Assembly (NCBI GenBank): GCA_963699755.1
Contig: CAVOVB010000001.1
Coordinates: forward strand, 576,001-640,000
Source: an uncultured delta proteobacterium
Lineage (GTDB): Bacteria > Myxococcota_A > Polyangia > Polyangiales > Houyiibacteriaceae
Length of the DNA: 64,000 bases
Direction of reading: 5' to 3'
Positions within the stretch are counted from its first letter, which is position 1, and each line of letters begins with the position of its first letter. Position numbers and translations under genes: made by a program. Under the pieces are notes generated by a model. That model did not search any database and had not been told where the DNA came from. It saw only the letters and a list, made by a program, of their open reading frames with translations. Positions 56,301 to 64,000 of the stretch are shown here, piece after piece.

Positions 56301-57164
56301 TTAGTTGAGCTTGTCACAGGTCATGAGAGCATTGCTCGCCACGGGTGAAACCGCGACGTACCCGTTGAAAAACGCTTCGACATCGTTGGGAGGGGCAGTC
56401 ACCTCGGATTCGCAGTCTTGCGGGCCGCCAATGATAGGCCAGTCGTTCGGATTCTCGGTGGCCAGGGGCACCTCGAGAGTGCCCCGAATCGAGCCCGTTT
56501 CGCAGCTGGGGATGTTGATGCTGCTGATGTTCTCGACGGAGGCGTTGCCGGCGAGGAGTGAAGCCCGATTGGCCTGCAACCAGACCAAGACTGCGGCGAC
56601 CCCGGCCTCGTAGTCGAGGGGCCCATCCCCGGCGACCCCGCCCTGTGAGGCGGCCAATGCCGGAACACCAAGGCACGCGGCGGTTTTCGCTGCTCCGACG
56701 GTGCCCGAAAGACCAGATGCCAGAAGGGTCTGTCCGATCGGGATGGCGCCGAGGTTCTGGCCTTCGTTGATGCCGGACAGAACGACGTGAGGAGCCGCGT
56801 CAGTGAAGAGGTTCTCGAGCGCATAGATGACCGAATCGGCGGGGGTACCTTCCACTGCAGTTGCGGGATAGCCGCTTGCGGTCGTGGCTTGTGTGGCCTG
56901 AAGCGGAGGCGGGCTGGTCGAGTCGCCCGTGCCGCTCTGGTCCATCGCGGGTGCGGAAACGGTGAGCACGATGCCGGGGTCGTCTCTCAAAGCTTCGACG
57001 ATCGCATCGATGCCCTCCGCGCCCACGCCGTCATCGTTGGTCACCAGAACGCGGATAGGAGCGGCGGGAGCTTGGTCTGAATCGCTGCTGCAGGCGAGGA
57101 GCAAGGTCATCGTGACGCTCAGAGCAATAAAAAGCACGAGCGATAATCGTTCAATTCCAACCAT
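56301..57164 (-). CDS. surE: SurE-family nucleotidase/phosphatase, predicted lipoprotein
   Basis: VLVTNDDG, QSG, GTPAD, SGINEGQN, SGTVGAA; LLAC lipobox. Confidence 0.88.
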   Translation of the reverse strand: MVGIERLSLVLFIALSVTMTLLLACSSDSDQAPAAPIRVLVTNDDGVGAEGIDAIVEALRDDPGIVLTVSAPAMDQSGTGDSTSPPPLQATQATTASGYPATAVEGTPADSVIYALENLFTDAAPHVVLSGINEGQNLGAIPIGQTLLASGLSGTVGAAKTAACLGVPALAASQGGVAGDGPLDYEAGVAAVLVWLQANRASLLAGNASVENISSINIPSCETGSIRGTLEVPLATENPNDWPIIGGPQDCESEVTAPPNDVEAFFNGYVAVSPVASNALMTCDKLN

Positions 57165-57522
57165 GCACGCGATACTAGAAACAAGCCCTGGCGAGCGCAA
57201 TAGGCGCCAGATGCGGAGATGGGAACCAGGCCAACCAGGGCAGATCTGATCTGGGTCGCTTGCCGGGAGAATTAGGGGAGGAATGGCTCAGCAGAGCGTT
57301 GCAAGCCGAGCTGAGTGGTCACGACAGCAGTGACCAGGTCATCGCGATGCTCAGCGAGTCATTCGGTGACGCCCATCGACACATCAGGGTGGGCGAGCAC
57401 GTCGTGGCGGCGGAGCCCGATGGAAGGCCGCTCGGACCGCTAATTCCGAGAAATACAGCGGAAACAGCCCCGGACCTTCGTTGCCCGAGAGCAAGAGTCG
57501 GGCTAGAACACGCAGTGAATTT

Positions 57523-58815
57523 ATGAGTACAAAAGCAAAGCTCGACTACGACAACACCAACTACGAGATGCCAATCGTCGAAGGCTCTTACGACGAACGC
57601 GCGATCGACATTCGCAGGCTACGTAAGGACACCGGCCTCATCACCCTCGACTCTGGGTTCATGAACACCGGGGCAACCGAAAGCCAAATCACCTATATCA
57701 ACGGTGAAGAGGGGATTCTGCTCTACCGCGGCTACCCCATCGAGCAGCTGGCAGAGCATTCGTCGTTCACCGAGACGAGCTACCTGCTCATCTATGGTGA
57801 GCTTCCCACGCAGACGCAACTCGACGACTTTTCCGAGATGCTGACCTATCACAGCATGATCCATGAAGACATGCGCCATTTCTTCGACGGCTTTCCGTCA
57901 CGTGCACATCCGATGGCGATCTTGTCGTCGATGGTGAGCGCGCTATCCGCGTACTATCCGGACAGCCTCGAACCGGACTCTCACAACATCACGCACATTG
58001 CCCGACTCCTTTCGAAGCTTCGTACCATCGCCGCATTCAGCTTTCAGAAGGGCCAGGGGCGACCGGTCGCCTACCCGAAGAACAGCCTCGGCTACTGCGC
58101 GAACTTCCTCTACATGATGTTTTCCCATCCTGCCGAGCCCACGTACGAGCCCGACCCAGAGATGGTCAAGGCGCTCAACGTGTTGTTGATCCTGCACGCC
58201 GATCACGAGCAGAACTGCTCGACGTCGACCGTCCGTCTCGTCGGATCGAGCCAGGCAAACTTGTATGCGGCGATCAGCGCGGGCATCTCGGCCCTCTGGG
58301 GGCCGTTGCACGGTGGAGCCAACCAGGCCGTCATCGAAATGCTGAACGAGATCCGGAATGAAGGCGGCGACTGCAACGCGTTCATGGAGCACGTGAAGAA
58401 CCGCGAACGACGATTGATGGGCTTTGGGCACCGCGTGTACAAGAACTTCGACCCACGCGCGACGATCCTCAAGAAGTACGCAGACCGTCTGTTGAGCCAT
58501 CTGAAGATCGAAGACCCGCTCTTCGACATCGCGCGGCAGCTCGAAGAGGTCGCGCTCTCCGACGACTACTTCATCAAACGCAAGCTCTACCCCAACGTGG
58601 ATTTCTACAGCGGCATCCTCTATCGTGCGATGGGCATCCCGACCGATATGTTCACTGTGCTCTTCGCGCTGGGGCGAATCCCAGGGTGGATCGCGCACTG
58701 GAAAGAGATGATGGAAGACCCGGACGTTCGTATCGGACGTCCCCGCCAGATCTACACCGGCGCGACGCGGCGCGACTACGTGCCTCGAGAAAGCCGCCTG
58801 CCCCCGGCGCCCTAA
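57523..58815 (+). CDS. gltA: Citrate synthase (type II-like)
   Basis: LYRGYPIEQLA, HADHEQNCST, GPLHGGANQ, GFGHRVYK, YPNVDFYSG. Confidence 0.97.
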   Translation: MSTKAKLDYDNTNYEMPIVEGSYDERAIDIRRLRKDTGLITLDSGFMNTGATESQITYINGEEGILLYRGYPIEQLAEHSSFTETSYLLIYGELPTQTQLDDFSEMLTYHSMIHEDMRHFFDGFPSRAHPMAILSSMVSALSAYYPDSLEPDSHNITHIARLLSKLRTIAAFSFQKGQGRPVAYPKNSLGYCANFLYMMFSHPAEPTYEPDPEMVKALNVLLILHADHEQNCSTSTVRLVGSSQANLYAAISAGISALWGPLHGGANQAVIEMLNEIRNEGGDCNAFMEHVKNRERRLMGFGHRVYKNFDPRATILKKYADRLLSHLKIEDPLFDIARQLEEVALSDDYFIKRKLYPNVDFYSGILYRAMGIPTDMFTVLFALGRIPGWIAHWKEMMEDPDVRIGRPRQIYTGATRRDYVPRESRLPPAP

Positions 58816-58830
58816 CGACTCGGGGAGCGC

Positions 58831-59262
58831 TTAGGGCATGTTGAAGACGTAGCTCTTCTCTTCGACTCGTCGGCTAATCCTCCAGCCGGCCCCGGTTCGT
58901 CGATATTCGTCCACGTACCAGAGGCCGCACATGAAGATGTGCGTCTTGCCGTCGGGCATCGAAATCTCTTGGGGGTTGAAGCACATGACGCGACCCGTCG
59001 CCTTGTCGCCATCGACCCGGATCTGGGCGTTGGCGTTGAGGTGTTGATGGTTGGGAAACATGCCCATCACTTGATGCAGAAACGCGATGATCTCGTCGCG
59101 GCCGCCGACCGGCGCCCCGAATGCGCTGTAGTCGATGTGTGCATCCTCGGTGAAGACCTTTCGAAGGTCGTCAAACCGCTTCTGATCGATGATGGAAGAG
59201 TAGTCGTAGATGAGGTCCTGGATCTCGAGACGGTCGGAGATCTCCTGCAGTGACAAGGTCAT
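58831..59262 (-). CDS. SnoaL/NTF2-like protein
   Basis: ISDRLEIQDL, VFTEDA, WYVDEYRRT...WRI. Confidence 0.88.
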   Translation of the reverse strand: MTLSLQEISDRLEIQDLIYDYSSIIDQKRFDDLRKVFTEDAHIDYSAFGAPVGGRDEIIAFLHQVMGMFPNHQHLNANAQIRVDGDKATGRVMCFNPQEISMPDGKTHIFMCGLWYVDEYRRTGAGWRISRRVEEKSYVFNMP

Positions 59263-59388
59263 CGATGCTCCTTTTTCTTGGGCTCCAAAGCTGAGAGTAG
59301 ACCTCGAGCATTGGGCCGCAAGATGGCGGACTGAGAACCACTTCCGATCGCGCGCCCGAGCTCCTATACTCGGAGCGCGACCGGGGAG

Positions 59389-60180
59389 ATGGCTATGAAG
59401 GCACTTCTCTTCGACATGGACGGTGTGCTCTATCAGGGTGATCGGGTCATCAAGGGCGCGGTGGAAACTCTACACTGGTGCGAGCAGCGCGGAATTCCGC
59501 ATCTGTTCGTGACCAACACGAGCTCCAAGCCGAGACGGGCTCTGGTCGAGCGCCTCTCGGCCATGGGGTTGTCGGTATCGGCAGAAGAGGTCTTCGCGCC
59601 GCCCGTTGCTGCGCACGAGTACCTGACTGCGAAGAAGGCAACGCCCGCCGCACTCTTCGTTCGCGCGCCGACGCGAGAAGACTTTGAAGGGCTCGAGGTC
59701 GTCGGCGATTCGGATGAGCAGGGTGCACGGAGCGTGGTCATCGGCGACATTGGTGAGGCATGGGACTTTCGCACTTTGAATCGTGCGTTTCGTCTTCTGA
59801 TGGCAGAGCCACGGCCGGTGTTGATCGCGCTCGGGATGTCGCGGTATGCGCAGGGCGAGGACGGGCTGGTCTTGGATGTCGCGCCATTCGTCAAGGCCCT
59901 CGAGCACGCGGCAGACTGCGAGGCGGTCGTCATGGGAAAGCCGGCGAAGCATTTCTTCGATGCCGCGATTCGCAAGCTCGGGACGACCGCGGCCGAGACT
60001 GTCATGGTCGGCGATGATATTTGGAGCGACGTGGCGGGGGCACAAGCAGCCGGGCTCGCTGGGGTTTTGGTCCGGACAGGCAAATTTCGACCCGCAAACC
60101 TCGAAGGAGACCTCCGGCCAGATGCTGTTCTGGATTCTGTGGCCGATCTGCCTCGATGGTGGGAGAATCAGCATTGCTGA
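59389..60180 (+). CDS. HAD-IIA hydrolase (LHPP-like)
   Basis: FDMDGVL, VTN, MGKP, MVGDD, LVRTGKFR. Confidence 0.92.
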   Translation: MAMKALLFDMDGVLYQGDRVIKGAVETLHWCEQRGIPHLFVTNTSSKPRRALVERLSAMGLSVSAEEVFAPPVAAHEYLTAKKATPAALFVRAPTREDFEGLEVVGDSDEQGARSVVIGDIGEAWDFRTLNRAFRLLMAEPRPVLIALGMSRYAQGEDGLVLDVAPFVKALEHAADCEAVVMGKPAKHFFDAAIRKLGTTAAETVMVGDDIWSDVAGAQAAGLAGVLVRTGKFRPANLEGDLRPDAVLDSVADLPRWWENQHC

Positions 60181-61238
60181 TGAGTGAACCCTTCAACGCA
60201 AGCCTCAAGGCACACGAGCTCCCCCGCGAGACCCTCGTCGACTTGTGGCATCGGACCGTGCAGGCTCACGAAAAGCTATTCGAGACCTGGTTTGCAGCTG
60301 TTCGTGAGAAGTACGGAGAAGACCTGGCGAATGCGGTAGCGCGCCGCGGCTGGCCGCTCACAGACACCGGCGCGACCCCGAAGGAGCTCTTCTTGGACGA
60401 TTTGAGATTCATCGTCGCGGCAACCGAGCTCAAGCCCGACATGCTCACCGTCGCCGTTCGGGACCAAGCCGAAACCCCTGCGGAGCTATCGAGCGGCCGC
60501 TCTTGGTTCCAGCTGCTCGTGTCGGCTTCGCGCCTGTCGAGCGGCTGGGCAAAGTCCTCCACAGGGAGGCCCGCCTGGGTGGGCAGTCCGGGCCGTCTTC
60601 GCGGCTTTGCGCGGGGCAAAGGTATCGACCTCGGGTTCAAGGTGCTTTTGAAGGCGTGGCAGGTGTCGCAGGGCACGCGGGTCTCTGAGATCGACATCGA
60701 GGCTTTCGAACAGAAGGTGGCGAGCGTCTACGACGAAAAGACTCTTGCGCTCTTGTGGAACTACGCCGCGCTTGCGTACATGCTCGGTACCGACCGTTGG
60801 TACACCGGCATACGTGACCGCTACGGGTACGACGCTGCGCAGAAGCTCGAGAAAGACGTGTGGATCGATCGCGGCGCCGCCGAGCACGACCTGCGCATTG
60901 GGCAGGAGGCAATGGGAGTGACCAGTGACGATGTTGAAGGCTTGCTTCGTAGCTTCCAGTTCGCGCCGGGCGAGGTGGGCATCCTGGACGTCGAGTTCGA
61001 GCTGGTCGACGAGAACCACGGGATCATGACACACCGCGCCTGCCCTGCCCTGGATCGCTTCGAGCACTTCGACGACGTCCGACTCAAACACTGCTGCGAC
61101 ATCTGCATTGCGGGCATGCCGATCTCCGGCGAGATGCTCAACCCGAAAATCGAGTGTAAGCCCTTGAAGCTCCCGCCCCGTGTCGACGCAAATGACATCG
61201 CGTGTCGCTGGGAGTACCGCTTACGCGATCAGTCCTGA
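60180..61238 (+). CDS. DUF6125-like protein with a duplicated N-terminal subdomain
   Basis: Repeated W...(V/I)R..YG...A segments and a Cys-rich end (CP, HCCDIC, LNPKIECKPLKLPP, CRWEY). Start overlaps the HAD stop. Confidence 0.6.
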   Translation: MSEPFNASLKAHELPRETLVDLWHRTVQAHEKLFETWFAAVREKYGEDLANAVARRGWPLTDTGATPKELFLDDLRFIVAATELKPDMLTVAVRDQAETPAELSSGRSWFQLLVSASRLSSGWAKSSTGRPAWVGSPGRLRGFARGKGIDLGFKVLLKAWQVSQGTRVSEIDIEAFEQKVASVYDEKTLALLWNYAALAYMLGTDRWYTGIRDRYGYDAAQKLEKDVWIDRGAAEHDLRIGQEAMGVTSDDVEGLLRSFQFAPGEVGILDVEFELVDENHGIMTHRACPALDRFEHFDDVRLKHCCDICIAGMPISGEMLNPKIECKPLKLPPRVDANDIACRWEYRLRDQS

Positions 61239-61381
61239 AGGGCGAGCCGAGCGGCGCTCTGGCTTTCGGCGAGCTCGAGGAGCTTGCCGAGCGCGATGGA
61301 ACAACCGGGCCCCGGGCTCGTCGCAGAGGAAGAATCTCTCCCAGGTCGCGACGGGAACAGGATAGGCTCCGCGGAATTGTC

Positions 61382-62302
61382 ATGAAACGACCTTCATTCC
61401 GATTGTCATTGTTCGTGCTTCTCGGCGGAGCGCTCATCGCAACGCCATCTGGAGCTCGCGCCGAAGAAGGCCAAGAAACCAAACCGGCGCCAGCCATGTT
61501 TGATGCGTCGTATCCGGTGCGCTTTGCCCGTAGACCTTTGGTCCTGAATGAGGGAATGGTTCGGGCCGACGGCCGGGTCACCGTGGGAGGCGTGTTCGGG
61601 CCGGGCACGTTTTCCTCGCTAGACATCGGCGGAGCGGTGAGTCCAACGGAGAGTCTCGAGGTGGGCCTGAGCGCCGAGCTCACGGGAGCGATCCCCTCTC
61701 CGGGCGGCAACGCCTTGCTCAGCGTCATCTTCTCGCCAAGCGCAAGCTACGGCGACATCCCCATCTACGCCCGCTATCAATACGCTCAATCGAAGACAGC
61801 CCTTGCCGCGGTCGACCTCGTTTTGGTCTTGCCAAGCAACACTGATTTCTCGCTCACCGCTGGCGCACCGCTTCGTATCTTGGAGCTCTTTGGCCTGTTC
61901 ACGATGGACATGAACATCAACGTTCGTTACAGGAACGGCGACAAATACGCTAGCTTCATCTCGAGCCCATCGAAGAATACCGCTGATTTCACGTTCTCGG
62001 GAGCGAGCATCACCAACATCACGGACAAAGGCTACATCGAGATCGGCGGAGGCGTCGGGCTGGTCAACGTCGGAGGCGGAGACGGCGCCAGGAACGTGGT
62101 GGAGCTCCCGTTTTTCCTAGGCGGCGGATATACCTACAAAGGCAAGATTTTGGCCGATATTTTCGCCCAGTTTGGTTGGCAACCCTTGATGATCGCCAAC
62201 GGACCTCCGAACGTGGACACGTTTAGCGTCGGCGAAACCTGGTACGTCACCGTCGGTGCGACAGTCCACACCAAGGCGCTTTTCGGCAAGAGCAAGCAGT
62301 AG
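61382..62302 (+). CDS. Secreted / outer-membrane beta-strand protein of unknown function
   Basis: Signal ending ARA, then RPLVL and alternating beta strands. Confidence 0.65.
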   Translation: MKRPSFRLSLFVLLGGALIATPSGARAEEGQETKPAPAMFDASYPVRFARRPLVLNEGMVRADGRVTVGGVFGPGTFSSLDIGGAVSPTESLEVGLSAELTGAIPSPGGNALLSVIFSPSASYGDIPIYARYQYAQSKTALAAVDLVLVLPSNTDFSLTAGAPLRILELFGLFTMDMNINVRYRNGDKYASFISSPSKNTADFTFSGASITNITDKGYIEIGGGVGLVNVGGGDGARNVVELPFFLGGGYTYKGKILADIFAQFGWQPLMIANGPPNVDTFSVGETWYVTVGATVHTKALFGKSKQ

Positions 62303-62303
62303 C

Positions 62304-64000
62304 TCAAACCTCGGTTGCGCCGAGTCGCTCGAGCAAGGCCTTTGTCATGTCGGCGACTTCTTGCCGCCCGAGCTCACGACTTTCACTGCTTTCGTAGCTT
62401 TCCGTATCGGCGTCGGGAAGGCCCTGCAAAAAGCGGCTCGGTGTGATCTTGATGATACGTCCGCGTGCAACGCGATCCCTGTGCCGCGTGAGGTAAAGAA
62501 GGTCGCGCGCCCGGGTGATGCCGACATAGAACAAGCGTCGTTCCTCTTCGAGATCGGTCACCGAAGCATCGGTGATCTTTGGGTCAGTGGTCCGTGCATG
62601 GGGCAACACGCCTTCCACGCAGCCAATCAGAAACACGACGGAGAACTCGAGCCCCTTCGCGGAATGCAATGAAGATAGCGTCACTTGCCCGCCTTGCGCT
62701 TCGGGCTCCTCGGGGTCGGTAGAATCGAGCGCAATGTGGTGCAGGAGCCGCTGCAGGCCTTCGCGGTCGGCATCGCCGCGGGCCTCGAGTCTCGCGATGC
62801 TACGGACTAGGAAGTCGATGTTGGCGCGCATTCGTTTCGCGTCGGGGCTCTGGGCCGCGTCGTCCTGCAGCATGCCGACCCCCCGCAGCAATGAGCTGGC
62901 CGTATCGGCGAGCCGAGCCGCCTGGAATCCCTTGCCTGCCCTTTCGATCGCTTCACTCAAGCGTACTGCCGCGGCTTCGGCGCGGTCGGAAAGCGGCTCG
63001 ATGCTCCCTGCGTTCTGCAAGGCCCGAAAAAGACTCATCCGATGCGCTTCTGCATAGTCGACGATGTGGCGAATAGACTGCGCGCCAAGGCCCCTCGGTG
63101 GAGTGTTCACGATCCGTCGAAGCGAGAGCTCGTCGCGCGGATTCAAGGCAACACGCATGTACGCGATGCCGTCCTTGATCTCCTTGCGATCGAAGAACTT
63201 TGTTCCCCCGAAAACGCGGTACGCGATCCCGGCGATGCGGAGCTCTTCTTCGAGCAGCTTGGCCTGCGTGTTGGAACGGTAGAGCACCGCAATCTCACAC
63301 GGGTCGGTGCCTTCTCTTTGGAGCTTCCCGATCTCGGAGGCGACGAACTTCGCTTCCTCTTGGGGCTCGGGAAGCGCGCAGAGGCGCACGGGCGGCCCAA
63401 CTTCGCGCACGGGCTTCAAGAACTTGGCATAGGGCCGCTTGCTCGCTTGCTCGATCGCCGCGTTGGCGACGTTCAAAATCGAGGCATGTGACCGATAATT
63501 CTCCTCTAGCTTCTTGACGACTGCCCCGGGAAAGTGCTTCTCGAAATCGAGAATGTTGTCGACGCAAGCGCCGCGCCAGCCGTAGATCGACTGGTCGTCA
63601 TCGCCGACCACACAGACGTTCCCGCGCTCGTTCGCTAGGAGGCGAACGAGCGCTAGCTGCGCCAGATTGGTGTCCTGGAACTCGTCGACGAGTATGTGTG
63701 CGAACCGCCCACGCCACTTGCGCCGAACCCCAGGTCGTTCGCGCAGCAGTGAGACCGGCTTGACGACCAAGTCGTCGAAATCGACGGCGTGCATTTGTTC
63801 GAGAGCGGCGTCATAGGCGCCATAGATGCTGGCGGCGGTTTGGTCGTACTCGTCGGCCTTGGCCCGCACCTCCCCGGGCTTGAGCATCGCGTTTTTCCAA
63901 AGCGAGATTCGAGAAAGGATGGCCTGCGCATCGAGCCGTCGGTCCGCTATCGCCTCAGTTCGAAGAAGCTCCCGAACGACGCCGAGACTGTCACCCTGAT
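62304..64000 (-). CDS. UvrD/Rep/PcrA-family helicase (5'-partial)
   Basis: VDEFQDTN, VGDDDQSIYGWRGA, LEENYRS, HSAKGLEF, EEERRLFYVGITRA. Confidence 0.96.
   Translation of the reverse strand, partial: QGDSLGVVRELLRTEAIADRRLDAQAILSRISLWKNAMLKPGEVRAKADEYDQTAASIYGAYDAALEQMHAVDFDDLVVKPVSLLRERPGVRRKWRGRFAHILVDEFQDTNLAQLALVRLLANERGNVCVVGDDDQSIYGWRGACVDNILDFEKHFPGAVVKKLEENYRSHASILNVANAAIEQASKRPYAKFLKPVREVGPPVRLCALPEPQEEAKFVASEIGKLQREGTDPCEIAVLYRSNTQAKLLEEELRIAGIAYRVFGGTKFFDRKEIKDGIAYMRVALNPRDELSLRRIVNTPPRGLGAQSIRHIVDYAEAHRMSLFRALQNAGSIEPLSDRAEAAAVRLSEAIERAGKGFQAARLADTASSLLRGVGMLQDDAAQSPDAKRMRANIDFLVRSIARLEARGDADREGLQRLLHHIALDSTDPEEPEAQGGQVTLSSLHSAKGLEFSVVFLIGCVEGVLPHARTTDPKITDASVTDLEEERRLFYVGITRARDLLYLTRHRDRVARGRIIKITPSRFLQGLPDADTESYESSESRELGRQEVADMTKALLERLGATEV

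Noticed and set aside
57200..57522. 88-aa ORF or gene remnant upstream of gltA
   Set aside because: No convincing motif in any frame; more likely divergent promoter space, though a decayed fragment cannot be excluded.

Overview
A GC-rich, densely coding bacterial window. Gly/Ser-linker lipoproteins and the gene content suggest Myxococcota/Polyangia; that taxonomy is inference only. I saw no rRNA, tRNA, CRISPR array or transposase. The main candidate system is a 13.4-kb respiratory island (36723-50134). It encodes a NapC/NirT-type tetraheme, a predicted beta-barrel porin, a Rieske/cytochrome b pair and six further multiheme c-type cytochromes (13, 23, 9, 8, 8 and 10 motifs). By my manual count that is 75 heme-binding motifs, enough parts for a quinol-to-cell-surface electron conduit. 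A candidate sigma54 promoter lies upstream. A second element is missed by the ORF track: a complete attenuator (sigma70 promoter, leader peptide MNTYRDNRYFFWFTD, antiterminator, terminator) in front of a TrpG-like gene lacking its catalytic Cys and HPE motif. The rest comprises an Rrf2-sufBCDSUT operon with a candidate operator, iscS-iscA, DAHP synthase, TrpB2, two LLM oxidoreductases, a PEP-utilising ligase/kinase, an ATP-grasp ligase, a GH3 glucosidase, a sterol-desaturase-family gene, a patatin, an aldehyde dehydrogenase, a secreted SurE, citrate synthase, a partial UvrD helicase and two deletion pseudogenes. All product calls come from motif recognition; no database searches were run.
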